Source: Flavobacteriaceae bacterium (GTDB lineage Bacteria; Bacteroidota; Bacteroidia; Flavobacteriales; Flavobacteriaceae). From it: DNA of 53,594 nt. Every line of letters begins with the position of its first letter. Within the stretch, counting starts at the first letter, position 1. A model generated the notes under the pieces. That model saw only the letters and a program-made list of their open reading frames with translations, was not told the origin of the DNA and did no database searches. The position numbers were made by a program, and so were the translations under genes. Location: positions 51,849 through 105,442 of the forward strand of contig PBYT01000019.1 in assembly GCA_002729755.1 (NCBI GenBank). Direction: 5' to 3'. This document shows, piece by piece, positions 38,394 through 48,317 of the stretch.

Positions 38394-38738
38394 ATGTTGA
38401 AACTTTTATTAACAATACCTCTAGTTTTAATTCAATCTTTTGTAATTCAGGAAGTTGAAAAACCAAGTGTACTAGAATTAGTTGATGAACAAGTTACATT
38501 AGTTGATATAAGAACTGACCTTGAATTTGAGAGAGGGACAATATCTGAATCAATAAATATAGATTTTAACAATAAAAATTTTATTGAAAAGGTTTCAAAA
38601 CTTGATAAGACTAAGCCATATATAGTTTATTGTGCTTCGGGTAATAGAAGTCAAAAAGCTTCAATAATTATGGAATACTTAGGGTTTAAGAAAATATACC
38701 ATTATAAATCAGGCTATAGTGATTGGATTAAAGATTAA
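38394..38738 (+). CDS. rhodanese-like domain protein (exported or membrane-anchored)
   Basis: 114 aa with an N-terminal hydrophobic segment and the active-site loop YCASGNRSQ. Confidence 0.8.
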   Translation: MLKLLLTIPLVLIQSFVIQEVEKPSVLELVDEQVTLVDIRTDLEFERGTISESINIDFNNKNFIEKVSKLDKTKPYIVYCASGNRSQKASIIMEYLGFKKIYHYKSGYSDWIKD

Positions 38739-39226
38739 GAATTTTTTTTCAGATCTTTACTGCTTTCAATAACTTTATCTTCTAATTCTTTTTTATAATC
38801 TTTAATTTTTTTATTAATCTTTGAATCTGATGTGCCAATAATTTGAGCAGCTAGAATTCCTGCATTTTTAGCTCCATTAAGAGCAACAGTTGCAACAGGT
38901 ACACCGCCGGGCATTTGAAGTATTGATAATATAGAATCCCAACCATCAATTGAATTTCTTGACTTTATTGGAACCCCTATTACTGGAATACTTGTTATAG
39001 AAGCTACCATTCCAGGAAGATGTGCTGATCCTCCAGCGCCAGCAATAATTACTTTAATTCCTTTTTTTTCAGCATTTATAGCATAATCAACCATTTTTTT
39101 AGGAGTTCTATGGGCAGAAACAATATCGTATTCAACAGGTATTTTAAATGATTTTAAAATTTTAATTGCTTCATTCATTACTTTGAAATCTGATTTACTT
39201 CCCATTATGATTGCTATTTTTCCCAT
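38735..39226 (-). CDS. purE: 5-(carboxyamino)imidazole ribonucleotide mutase
   Basis: IMGSKSD, SAHRTP and AGGSAHLPGMVA motifs. Confidence 0.95.
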   Translation of the reverse strand: MGKIAIIMGSKSDFKVMNEAIKILKSFKIPVEYDIVSAHRTPKKMVDYAINAEKKGIKVIIAGAGGSAHLPGMVASITSIPVIGVPIKSRNSIDGWDSILSILQMPGGVPVATVALNGAKNAGILAAQIIGTSDSKINKKIKDYKKELEDKVIESSKDLKKNS

Positions 39227-39239
39227 TCTATTTAATTTT

Positions 39240-40388
39240 TTAAGTTGATGTTACTCTAACAGTTTGTTTAATTTCTTTAGCTATTTTTATTGCAGTTTCA
39301 ATATCGGAATTAATTACTGTAATATGCCCCATCTTTCTATTAGGCCTTGTTTCTTTTTTTTCATAAATATGAGGATTAACCCCTTTTATTCCAATTATTT
39401 GATCTATATTTTTATAAACAACAGGTCCTTTTGTATCAGGTTCTCCAACTAGATTAACCATCACAGACTTATCTGTCATATTGGTGTTTCCTATTGGTAA
39501 ATCTAAAATAGACCTAATTAGTTGTTCAAATTGACTTGTTTCAGAACCCTCGATAGAAAAATGATAGCTATTATGAGGTCTTGGAGCTACTTCATTGACT
39601 AATAGATCACCATCAATGGTTAAAAACATTTCAACAGCTAGTAGTCCTATATTTCCAAATGACTTACAGACGCGTAATGCTAGATTTTCAGCTTTTTCTT
39701 TTATTTCTTGACTAATTCTAGCAGGAGAAATTATATATTCGATTTGATTAGTTTTAGTATTAAATTCCATTTCAACAACTGGATAATTAATTAGTTCTCC
39801 AGATGGTCTTGATACAACCATAACAGATAACTCTTTTTTAATCTCAGCTTTATCTTCTATTATACAGTGTTTATCAGGAATGTCTTCAATAGAATTGTTA
39901 TTATCGATCACTTTCACTCCATATCCATCATAACCCATTTTAGATGATTTCCATATAAAAGGATATGATCTGCCCTCTTTAGATAGAAACTTTTTGATTT
40001 CATCTTTTGAATTAAAAATTTTAAATGGTGTTGAAGGTATATTGTTATTGAAGTAAAACTCTTTTTGAAGAGATTTATCTTGAACTATCTTTAGAACTTG
40101 TGGTTGAGGATAAACAATTTTATTTTCCTTTTTAAGCTGTTCTAATGCTTCAACATTAATATTCTCTATTTCAATTGTTATTATGTCAACTTCTTTACCA
40201 AAATTGTATACGGTATTAAAATCCATTAAGTCTCCTTGAAAAAATTTATTGCATAAAGACTTTGATGGGCAATTTTCATCAGGATCTAAAATATATATTT
40301 TAATACCCCATTTATTGGATACTTCAAGAGTCATTTTTCCAAGCTGACCACCACCAAGTATTCCAATTATCTTATTGCTTGAGAACAT
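39240..40388 (-). CDS. purK: 5-(carboxyamino)imidazole ribonucleotide synthase
   Basis: ATP-grasp protein with GILGGGQLG near the N-terminus, upstream of purE. The tracked start at 40406 is TTG. I used ATG at 40388 (MFSSNKIIGILGGGQLG). Confidence 0.92.
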   Translation of the reverse strand: MFSSNKIIGILGGGQLGKMTLEVSNKWGIKIYILDPDENCPSKSLCNKFFQGDLMDFNTVYNFGKEVDIITIEIENINVEALEQLKKENKIVYPQPQVLKIVQDKSLQKEFYFNNNIPSTPFKIFNSKDEIKKFLSKEGRSYPFIWKSSKMGYDGYGVKVIDNNNSIEDIPDKHCIIEDKAEIKKELSVMVVSRPSGELINYPVVEMEFNTKTNQIEYIISPARISQEIKEKAENLALRVCKSFGNIGLLAVEMFLTIDGDLLVNEVAPRPHNSYHFSIEGSETSQFEQLIRSILDLPIGNTNMTDKSVMVNLVGEPDTKGPVVYKNIDQIIGIKGVNPHIYEKKETRPNRKMGHITVINSDIETAIKIAKEIKQTVRVTST

Positions 40389-40466
40389 TTGATTTTCTTT
40401 GTGCAAAAATAAGCATTAGTTTAAAGTAAATAAAGAATCCAAAACATTTTAAATATCTTTGTCATT

Positions 40467-41048
40467 ATGAAAAATTTCGTTCTTTTTGGTAAACCAGGTT
40501 CAGGAAAGGGAACACAGGCTAAACATTTAAGTGAAAAGTATGAGCTTTATCATATCTCAACAGGAGATTTATTTAGAAAGAATATATCTCAGAATACCAA
40601 GCTTGGACTCCTGGCTAAATCATATATGGATAAAGGAGGTCTAGTTCCAGATGAAGTTACTATAAAGATGTTAGAAAATGAGATTAAAGACAACTCAAAA
40701 TCTAGAGGATTTTTATTTGATGGTTTTCCTAGAACCATTGATCAGGCTGACACTCTTGATAAATATCTTCACTCAATTAACATGCAAATTAATGCAACAA
40801 TAGCATTAGAGGTAGATGAAAAAGAGTTAATTTCTAGAATTATTGATAGAGGTAAAACTAGTAATAGGTTAGACGATCAAAATATTGAAAAAATTAAAAA
40901 TAGATTTAATGAATATAATAAGAAAACATCAACTCTTATTAAATATTATAAAGATCAAAACAAATTTTTCCCGGTAAACGGTCATGGTTCTGTTGATGAA
41001 ATTACTAAGAGACTTTTTGATTTAATTGATAGTTTTAACCCCCTATGA
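40467..41048 (+). CDS. adk: adenylate kinase (short form, no zinc lid)
   Basis: P-loop [10 protein letters not shown] and the LFDGFPRT motif. 193 aa. Confidence 0.95.
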   Translation: MKNFVLFGKPGSGKGTQAKHLSEKYELYHISTGDLFRKNISQNTKLGLLAKSYMDKGGLVPDEVTIKMLENEIKDNSKSRGFLFDGFPRTIDQADTLDKYLHSINMQINATIALEVDEKELISRIIDRGKTSNRLDDQNIEKIKNRFNEYNKKTSTLIKYYKDQNKFFPVNGHGSVDEITKRLFDLIDSFNPL

Positions 41049-42043
41049 TTGTAGATAACTTTGTTGATTACGTTAAGATAAATGTTAAATCAGGTTCTGG
41101 AGGAAAAGGCTCTACTCACCTAAGAAGAGAAAAATATATACCAAAAGGCGGTCCTGATGGTGGTGATGGAGGAAGAGGAGGTCATGTTATTATTAGAGCA
41201 AATCCTCAATTATGGACACTTTTTACTTTTAAATTCAAAAGGCATTTTAAGGCTGGAGATGGAGGTGATGGAAGTGGATCAAGAAAGTCAGGTTCACAAG
41301 GTAAAGATGTTATTGTTGAAGTGCCATATGGGACTATTATCAAAGACAGTATTTCAAATGAAGTTATTGAAGAGATAAATAAAGATAATACTGAATTAAT
41401 TATACTTGAGGGAGGTTTAGGAGGAAGAGGAAACTTTCATTTTAAATCATCAACTAATCAAACTCCTAGATATTCACAAAAAGGAATTTCTGGAAAAGAA
41501 ATGAATCTTGTTCTTGAGCTAAAAGTTCTAGCTGATGTTGGTTTAGTTGGTTTTCCAAATGCTGGAAAATCTACACTTCTATCAGTTTTATCTTCAGCAA
41601 AACCAAAAATTGCTAATTATGAATTTACTACTTTAAAACCTAATCTAGGTATAGTATCAATGTCCGATTATAGATCATTTGTTATGGCTGATATTCCTGG
41701 AATTATTGAGGGGGCTTCAGAAGGGAAAGGTTTAGGACACTATTTTCTTAGGCATATAGAAAGAAATTCAATTTTACTTTATGTTATCCCTGTTGACACA
41801 AAAGATCTAAAAAAAGAATTTGATATATTAAATAATGAGTTAAAAAAATATAATCCTGAATTAATAGATAAAGATTTTGCTGTTTTTATTAGTAAATCAG
41901 ATCTTATGGATCAGGAACTATTATTAGAATTAGAAATTATAATTAAGTACCAGTTTAAAGAAATTCCATATTTTATAGGTTCATCAATAAACATGAATGG
42001 TATAAAAAATCTAAAGGAAGGTTTATGGAAAATATTAAATTAA
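41045..42043 (+). CDS. obg: GTPase ObgE/CgtA
   Basis: Glycine-rich Obg fold ([19 protein letters not shown]) followed by a G domain ([13 protein letters not shown]). ATGA overlap with adk. Confidence 0.95.
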   Translation: MIVDNFVDYVKINVKSGSGGKGSTHLRREKYIPKGGPDGGDGGRGGHVIIRANPQLWTLFTFKFKRHFKAGDGGDGSGSRKSGSQGKDVIVEVPYGTIIKDSISNEVIEEINKDNTELIILEGGLGGRGNFHFKSSTNQTPRYSQKGISGKEMNLVLELKVLADVGLVGFPNAGKSTLLSVLSSAKPKIANYEFTTLKPNLGIVSMSDYRSFVMADIPGIIEGASEGKGLGHYFLRHIERNSILLYVIPVDTKDLKKEFDILNNELKKYNPELIDKDFAVFISKSDLMDQELLLELEIIIKYQFKEIPYFIGSSINMNGIKNLKEGLWKILN

Positions 42044-42053
42044 TAATAAAATT

Positions 42054-42383
42054 ATGGATATTAAAAATGCACAAAAAGAAGTTGATAATTGGATAACCAA
42101 ATATGGTGTAAGATATTTTAATGAATTAACAAATATGGCTTTATTAACTGAAGAGGTTGGAGAAGTTGCTAGAATTATCTCGAGAGAATATGGTGAGCAA
42201 AGTTTGAAAAAGGATAAAGAATTAAAGAATTTAGGTGATGAACTTTCAGATGTATTATTTGTTCTTATTTGTTTAGCAAACCAAACAGGGATTGATCTAG
42301 AAAAGTCTTTTTATCAGAATTTAAATAATAAAACTAGAAGAGATAATAAAAGACACCTATCAAATAAAAAATTAAAGAGTTAA
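42054..42383 (+). CDS. MazG-like nucleotide pyrophosphohydrolase (small, single domain)
   Basis: 109 aa with the EExGE...E..D metal-binding pattern (LLTEEVGEVARI ... GDELSDVLFVL). Confidence 0.8.
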   Translation: MDIKNAQKEVDNWITKYGVRYFNELTNMALLTEEVGEVARIISREYGEQSLKKDKELKNLGDELSDVLFVLICLANQTGIDLEKSFYQNLNNKTRRDNKRHLSNKKLKS

Positions 42384-43606
42384 TGATATATCACCTGTCA
42401 GCAAAAAACAATAATATAAAGGGTTTAATAGAGATAGGTGGGTCTAAGAGTGAATCTAATAGACTACTTATCCTAAGAGCGTATACATATGATTTTAAAA
42501 TTGAAAATCTTTCTGAATCAGATGATACAAAAATATTAATTGATGCCTTAATTAGCAATGATGAAATTATTGATATACATCATTCTGGAACTGCAATGAG
42601 ATTTCTATTATCATATTTTGTTTCTAAACCAAATTCGGAAGTTATTCTAACAGGATCTGATAGAATGAAGTCAAGACCTATTAGAGTCCTAGTTAATGCT
42701 TTAAGAGATTTAGGAGCTAATATAGAATATAAGAATAAAGATGGATATCCTCCATTGAAAATTATCGGAAAAAAAATTTTAAAGAATGAGGTATCTCTGC
42801 CAGCTGATATTAGCTCTCAGTATGTTTCCTCTTTGATGATGTTGGGATTAATAATAGAAAATGGAATTAAATTAAAGCTAGAGGGTATAATTACTTCTAA
42901 ACCATATATATTGATGACTAAGGAATTAATTCAAAAAATTGGTTATAATGTTACAGTTGATCAAAATTATATTCAAGTATCAGATATAAATAAATCTTCA
43001 GAAAAAACTATTATAGTTGAATCTGATTGGAGTTCAGCTTCCTATTTCTATAGCATTGCAGCCTTTTCTCATGATGCTGAAATTACTTTAAAAAGTTTTA
43101 ATAGAGATAGTATTCAGGGGGATTCTATTGTGTCGAAAATATATAAAAAACTTGGAGTTGATACTATATATATGAAAGATTATATAATAATTAAAAAAAA
43201 TAAAAATGTTGATTTGCCAAAAAAAGTAAAATTAGATTTATCAGACATTCCAGATCTTGCTCAGACAATTGCAGTAAGTTGTTTAGGTCTTGGAATAGAA
43301 TGTGAGCTTACTGGATTACGTACATTGAAAATAAAGGAAACTGATAGGCTTGAAGCTCTAAAGAAAGAATTTAATAAACTTGGTGCTAATCAAGTAAAGA
43401 CTTCTAATAATTCAATATATTTTAAAGGAGATCAACAATTAAATAAAAATATTAAAATAAGCACTTATAAAGATCATAGAATGGCTTTATCATTTGCAAC
43501 TTTAGCTGTTATTATTGACATTTCAATTGAATCTCCCAATGTTGTCTCAAAATCTTTTCCAAGTTTTTGGAAAAACTTAAAGACACTTGGTTTTGAAATA
43601 AATTAA
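42383..43606 (+). CDS. aroA: 3-phosphoshikimate 1-carboxyvinyltransferase (EPSP synthase)
   Basis: 407 aa: GSKSESNR, GTAMRFL, SSQYVSSLMM and DHRMALSFA blocks. Confidence 0.92.
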   Translation: MIYHLSAKNNNIKGLIEIGGSKSESNRLLILRAYTYDFKIENLSESDDTKILIDALISNDEIIDIHHSGTAMRFLLSYFVSKPNSEVILTGSDRMKSRPIRVLVNALRDLGANIEYKNKDGYPPLKIIGKKILKNEVSLPADISSQYVSSLMMLGLIIENGIKLKLEGIITSKPYILMTKELIQKIGYNVTVDQNYIQVSDINKSSEKTIIVESDWSSASYFYSIAAFSHDAEITLKSFNRDSIQGDSIVSKIYKKLGVDTIYMKDYIIIKKNKNVDLPKKVKLDLSDIPDLAQTIAVSCLGLGIECELTGLRTLKIKETDRLEALKKEFNKLGANQVKTSNNSIYFKGDQQLNKNIKISTYKDHRMALSFATLAVIIDISIESPNVVSKSFPSFWKNLKTLGFEIN

Positions 43607-43613
43607 CTTTTAC

Positions 43614-43645
43614 TTGACATTCCCTATGTCATGAGGTTATATTTG
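43614..43645 (+). promoter_or_regulatory. candidate Bacteroidetes sigma-A promoter for queA (TTG-N21-TATATTTG)
   Basis: TTG at 43614-43616 (within TTGACA) and TATATTTG at 43638-43645 match the TTG / TAnnTTTG (-33/-7) consensus. The -7 box ends 19 nt before the queA ATG. Chance matches are common in AT-rich DNA. Confidence 0.35.
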
Positions 43646-43664
43646 CGAACTTAAAACATGCTTT

Positions 43665-44714
43665 ATGAAATTATCACACTTTGAATATAATTTACCAAAG
43701 ACAAGATTAGCTAAACATCCAACACCAGAAAGAGATGAGTGTAAGCTAATGCTAGTAGATAGATCTGATCAGTCAATAAAACATTTAATCTTTAAGGATA
43801 TAGTTGATTTTTTTGAAGAAGGGGATGTTATTGCCCTTAATAATACTAAAGTTTTTCCTGCAAGACTATTTGGAAATAAGGAAAAAACAGGGGCAAGAAT
43901 TGAAGTGTTTCTTTTGAGGGAGTTGAATGATGAGCAGAGACTATGGGATGTGTTGGTAGATCCTGCAAGAAAAATAAGAATAGGTAACAAGTTATATTTT
44001 GGAGAAGATGAAAGTTTAGTTGCTGAAGTGATTGATAACACAACATCAAGAGGAAGAACTTTAAGATTTCTTTATGATGGTCCATATGATGAATTCAGGG
44101 CTAAATTAGATGAACTTGGAGAAACACCACTTCCAAAGTATATTGATAGACCAGTTGAAAAAGAAGATAAAAATAGATTTCAAACAATTTACGCAAAACA
44201 TGAAGGAGCTGTAGCTGCCCCAACTGCTGGACTTCATTTTTCAAAACATCTTTTGAAAAAACTTGAAATTAAAGGAGTTCATTTACCGGAGATCACTCTT
44301 CATATTGGGCTTGGAACGTTTAGTCCAGTTGATGTTGAGGATCTTTCAAAGCATAAAATGGATTCAGAAGAATTAATAATTTCTAAGGATACGGTAAACA
44401 TTATCAATAATGCCTTGAAAAATAAAAAAAGAATTTGTGCTGTTGGAACTACTGTTATGAGAGGTCTTGAAAGTTCAGTTTCATCTATTGGAACTTTAAA
44501 TGATTATAATGGATGGACACATAAATTTATTTATCCACCTTATGATTTCTCATTAGCAAATTCAATGATAACAAATTTTCACATGCCAAAATCAACCTTA
44601 TTAATGATGGTTTCAGCATTTGGAGGTGTTGATATAATTATGAAAGCTTATAAAGAAGCAATAAAGAAAAAATATAACTTTTTCTCATATGGTGATGCAA
44701 TGATGATAATCTAA
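43665..44714 (+). CDS. queA: S-adenosylmethionine:tRNA ribosyltransferase-isomerase
   Basis: 349 aa: FEYNLP...LAKHP N-terminus, [12 protein letters not shown], and VGTT..R motifs. Confidence 0.95.
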   Translation: MKLSHFEYNLPKTRLAKHPTPERDECKLMLVDRSDQSIKHLIFKDIVDFFEEGDVIALNNTKVFPARLFGNKEKTGARIEVFLLRELNDEQRLWDVLVDPARKIRIGNKLYFGEDESLVAEVIDNTTSRGRTLRFLYDGPYDEFRAKLDELGETPLPKYIDRPVEKEDKNRFQTIYAKHEGAVAAPTAGLHFSKHLLKKLEIKGVHLPEITLHIGLGTFSPVDVEDLSKHKMDSEELIISKDTVNIINNALKNKKRICAVGTTVMRGLESSVSSIGTLNDYNGWTHKFIYPPYDFSLANSMITNFHMPKSTLLMMVSAFGGVDIIMKAYKEAIKKKYNFFSYGDAMMII

Positions 44715-44725
44715 AAATAAATGTT

Positions 44726-45697
44726 TTGAAGATTATCGAGAAAATTAAAGAGCCAATTGCAAAAGAATTTGAGATCTTTGAAACTGAGTTTAAAAACTCG
44801 GTTAACTCAGGTATCCTTATTCTAAATGTCATATTAAAATTCATGATAAATAGAAAAGGTAAACAGGTTAGGCCAATATTAGTTCTTTTATTTGCTAAGA
44901 TGTATTCCAGTGAGAATTTGACTGAAAAATCATACCGGAGCGCTATTATTTCAGAATTAATCCACTCAGCAACTTTAATTCATGATGATATAGTAGATGA
45001 CAGCTCATTAAGAAGAGGTTTTTTATCTTTAAATGTATTATGGAATAATAAAATTTCTGTTTTAGTTGGTGATTATCTTCTTTCCAAATCTTTATTATTA
45101 TGTATTGACAATGAAGATTTTGACTTGTTAAAAATAATTTCTATAGCAGTTAAAGAAATGAGTGAAGGAGAGTTACTTCAAATTCAAAAATCAAGAAATA
45201 TTAATATTACAGAAGATGAGTATTTTGAATTGACCTTAAAAAAAACTGCATCTCTTTTTTCAGCCTGTTGTAAACTAGGCTCAGCCTCAACTGGTTTAAA
45301 AAATCTTAATAAGGTTGAGGAATTTGGTCAGAATTTAGGCTTAATATTTCAGCTTAAAGATGACCTTTTCGATTATAGTTATAAGAGAATAGGTAAACCA
45401 ACAGCAATAGATATAAAAAATCAAAAAATTACATTACCTCTAATTTATACATTAAATAAAGTTAACACTTCAGATAAGAAATTTATTATAGAATCTTATA
45501 AAAACAAAAGAAAACTAAATAAGAATAAAAACAAAATATACTCAATTATAGAGCAAAATGGAGGTTTTAAATATGCTTCTGACAAAATGTTAGATTTAAA
45601 ACAAAAAAATTTATTAATTATTAACAATTTCCCAAAGAATAAGTCTAGAGAATCACTAAAGTTAATGTTAGAATATTTGATAAATAGAAAATTTTAA
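44726..45697 (+). CDS. polyprenyl diphosphate synthase (trans-IPPS, long-chain / IspB-like)
   Basis: First and second Asp-rich motifs LIHDDIVDD and QLKDDLFDY. The start is TTG at 44726, with no in-frame ATG until codon 40, which would remove conserved N-terminal sequence. Confidence 0.88.
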   Translation: MKIIEKIKEPIAKEFEIFETEFKNSVNSGILILNVILKFMINRKGKQVRPILVLLFAKMYSSENLTEKSYRSAIISELIHSATLIHDDIVDDSSLRRGFLSLNVLWNNKISVLVGDYLLSKSLLLCIDNEDFDLLKIISIAVKEMSEGELLQIQKSRNINITEDEYFELTLKKTASLFSACCKLGSASTGLKNLNKVEEFGQNLGLIFQLKDDLFDYSYKRIGKPTAIDIKNQKITLPLIYTLNKVNTSDKKFIIESYKNKRKLNKNKNKIYSIIEQNGGFKYASDKMLDLKQKNLLIINNFPKNKSRESLKLMLEYLINRKF

Positions 45698-45727
45698 TTT
45701 ACTATATTGAAATAAAAATTAGCAAAC

Positions 45728-47665
45728 TTGATAAGTAAAGAAACAATTGATAAGGTTTTTGAATTAGCTAGAGTCGAAGAAGTTATAGCAGATTTTGTTG
45801 TTCTGAAAAAATCTGGAGCAAACTATAAAGGGTTAAGTCCTTTTACTAATGAGAAAACACCTAGTTTTATTGTTTCTCCTGCCAAACAAATATGGAAAGA
45901 TTTTAGTAGTGGAAAGGGTGGTAATGTAATTGCTTTTCTTATGGAGCATGAACATTTCAATTATCCTGAATCGATAAAGTATATAGCGAATAAATATAAT
46001 ATCGAAATTGTAGAAACTAATAATTTTCCTGAAAATATTGAAAAGAAAAATGAAATAGAAAGCCTTTTCATAATCAATAAATTTGCTGTCTCATCTTTTA
46101 AGGAAAATCTAAATAAAGAAGTTTCAGATTCATTAGAATATCTAATGAATAGAGGTCTTTCAAAGAAAATTATAGATGATTTTGATTTAGGCTTTTGTTT
46201 ACCTAACAGATCTTCGTTTTATCAATCAGCTAAAACAAAAGGATTTAAAGATTCTTATCTAGAAAAAACAGGTTTAATTATTTTTAATGAGGAGAAAGTA
46301 ATAGATAGGTTCAGAGACAGGGTTATATTTCCGATAAAGAGTTTGTCTGGAAGAGTCTTAGGATTTGGAGGTAGAACAACTATATCTTCAAAAAAAACTG
46401 CAAAATATATTAATTCTCCAGAAAGTGAAATTTATAATAAAAGTAAAATTTTATATGGAATTTATGAATCAAGACAATCTATTGTTAAAGATGATCTATG
46501 TATTTTAGTAGAAGGGTATATGGATGTTTTGCAATTTCATGAAAATGGAATCAAAAACGTATTAGCCTCATCAGGAACATCATTAACTGAAGATCAGATA
46601 ACACTTATATCACGATTGACATCTAACATTGTTCTTCTATTTGATGGAGATACTGCAGGAGTTAATGCTGCGCTGAGAAGTACAGATATGATTTTGGAGA
46701 AAGGGTTAAATGTTAAAATATGCTCATTTCCTGAAGGTGAAGATCCTGACAGCTATGTAAAGGATAATAAAAAGGACAAAACTCTTGATTTTATTAATAA
46801 TAATTCAAAAGACTTTATTGAATTTAAACTTTCATTCTACAATGAGGATTTAAAAGATGAAGATAAAAAAGTTGATGTTATAAAAAGTGTAATAAAGTCA
46901 ATTTCAAAGATTCCGGATAGGTTAAAGCAGGAAGTCTATATAAAAAAATGTTCTCAAATTATTGATATTGATGAAAGTACACTTTTTAACTCATTAAATA
47001 GTACAGAAAAAAATAATAGTAGGATAACTAGGAATAGAAGGATTAGTAAAAATAATGATCTCTCAATTGTTAAGAAGGAAAAAAATATTAAGCCCCACAA
47101 TTATTTTTATGAGCTAGAAAAGCAAATAATTACAATACTTTTGAAATATGGGGAGAATGAAATAACATATGAAGATACTATCCTATCACATTCTGAAAAT
47201 GGAGATATTAAGGAGGAGAAAAAAAATATTAAATCAAAAGTTTTTGAAAAAATATTTCTAGATCTACAACAAGATGAAATTGAGCTTGCTCATCCGCCTT
47301 TTCAAAAAATATATAAAAAATTAATAGAATTATATAATAACCAAAACAAATTTGTTTTTGAAAAATTTGTAAATGAATTAGATAGTGATTTGAGTAAAAT
47401 CGCATCAGACATATTAATTTTTGATGAAAAATATTCTCTTCATGATTGGGAAAAAAGAAATATTTATGTAAAAAAAATTGGAAGTGAATTAAGTCAGCTT
47501 GTCAATGAGACATTATTGAATATGAGAAGATATTTGATCGATGAAAGAATTAAAAAACTTCAAGAGATTAATATAGATAAAAACAAAGATGAGCTTTTAC
47601 AGGAGGTGATGAGGTATTCTAGGTTAAAAAAAGTATTGTCATCAAAACTTAATAGGGTAGTTTAA
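45728..47665 (+). CDS. dnaG: DNA primase
   Basis: 645 aa. DnaG N-terminal domain (…EKTPSFIVSP…GKGGNVIAFLMEHE), RNA polymerase core, and TOPRIM (ILVEGYMDV ... LLFDGDTAG). The start is TTG, coinciding with the conserved MISxxTID N-terminus. Confidence 0.9.
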   Translation: MISKETIDKVFELARVEEVIADFVVLKKSGANYKGLSPFTNEKTPSFIVSPAKQIWKDFSSGKGGNVIAFLMEHEHFNYPESIKYIANKYNIEIVETNNFPENIEKKNEIESLFIINKFAVSSFKENLNKEVSDSLEYLMNRGLSKKIIDDFDLGFCLPNRSSFYQSAKTKGFKDSYLEKTGLIIFNEEKVIDRFRDRVIFPIKSLSGRVLGFGGRTTISSKKTAKYINSPESEIYNKSKILYGIYESRQSIVKDDLCILVEGYMDVLQFHENGIKNVLASSGTSLTEDQITLISRLTSNIVLLFDGDTAGVNAALRSTDMILEKGLNVKICSFPEGEDPDSYVKDNKKDKTLDFINNNSKDFIEFKLSFYNEDLKDEDKKVDVIKSVIKSISKIPDRLKQEVYIKKCSQIIDIDESTLFNSLNSTEKNNSRITRNRRISKNNDLSIVKKEKNIKPHNYFYELEKQIITILLKYGENEITYEDTILSHSENGDIKEEKKNIKSKVFEKIFLDLQQDEIELAHPPFQKIYKKLIELYNNQNKFVFEKFVNELDSDLSKIASDILIFDEKYSLHDWEKRNIYVKKIGSELSQLVNETLLNMRRYLIDERIKKLQEINIDKNKDELLQEVMRYSRLKKVLSSKLNRVV

Positions 47666-48293
47666 GATAACTATTCCCCATCATAAAGAGTTCAACTTTT
47701 GATTTTACTTCTAATTTTTTCATTATTCTAACTTGATATGTATTAACAGTTTTTTGATTTATCTTAAGTTTGTTAGATATGTCAATATTTCTCTTTCCTT
47801 TAATAAATAGTTTTAATACTTGAACCTCCCTTATTGACAGACTGTCCATTTTGATTTTATTATAATCCTCATTAAAATTATTCTTAAGTCTTGTAAAACT
47901 ATTAGTTTCAAAAAAGTTAAAGTTTTTATGAGCTATTTTTTCAAGAGTTTCTTTGATTTCTCTTTTTTTAGATTTTTTTGATAAGTATCCAATTGCTCCA
48001 CTTTTTAATATTTTAATTGCATGAATCTTCTCAGACTTATTAGTAAAAATTAGAACTGGAGTTTCTCTTTTAATTAATTTAATAGATTTAAGTATGTCAA
48101 AAGCATTACCATCAATTAATTCCATTTCAGTAATCACTATATCAATATTATTTGATTTAATAAATTCTTTAAAATCATATACGCTATCATAAGTTTGAAT
48201 TAATTTGAATTTGGATGAATTTTTTAATAGAGTTTTAAATCCAATTTGAATTATAGGGCTTGTATCAAGAACAATAAGATTTATTTTTTTCAA
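47649..48293 (-). CDS. NarL/LuxR-family response regulator with atypical receiver (Glu at phospho-acceptor position)
   Basis: N-terminal REC-like domain and C-terminal LuxR HTH (LSIREVQVLKLFIKGKRNIDISNKLKINQKTVNTYQVRIMKKL). The start is TTG; an in-frame stop lies 2 codons upstream, so no ATG alternative exists. The 3' end overlaps the dnaG 3' end by 17 nt. Confidence 0.8.
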   Translation of the reverse strand: MKKINLIVLDTSPIIQIGFKTLLKNSSKFKLIQTYDSVYDFKEFIKSNNIDIVITEMELIDGNAFDILKSIKLIKRETPVLIFTNKSEKIHAIKILKSGAIGYLSKKSKKREIKETLEKIAHKNFNFFETNSFTRLKNNFNEDYNKIKMDSLSIREVQVLKLFIKGKRNIDISNKLKINQKTVNTYQVRIMKKLEVKSKVELFMMGNSYLKLPY

Positions 48294-48317
48294 TAGAAAT
48301 TATTTTAACAATCTAAT

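Noticed and set aside
42054-42383. MazG-like and Nudix (9066-9662) genes as possible components of a nucleotide-depletion defence or toxin-antitoxin module.
   Set aside because: Both are single small housekeeping-type hydrolases embedded in core operon contexts (obg-mazG-aroA; pyrE/coaD neighbourhood). They have no partner toxin, sensor or effector genes and no island features.
2681-44844. About 30 short ORFs (60-121 aa) in the six-frame track that lie inside, mostly antisense to, long well-supported genes. Examples: 2681-2866, 4996-5187, 5937-6140, 7416-7685, 14604-14843, 16344-16583, 24058-24255, 27495-27913, 28177-28371, 33379-33651, 34013-34216, 36954-37196, 39264-39452, 43769-44085 and 44638-44844. 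Same-strand out-of-frame cases include 17018-17200, 18144-18326, 25174-25359 and 41157-41378.
   Set aside because: Each is fully embedded in a gene with strong family motifs. Their translations are low-complexity Leu/Ile/Phe/Ser-rich strings, which is what the alternative frames of AT-rich coding DNA produce. None has a recognisable domain. I treated them as frame shadows, not genes.
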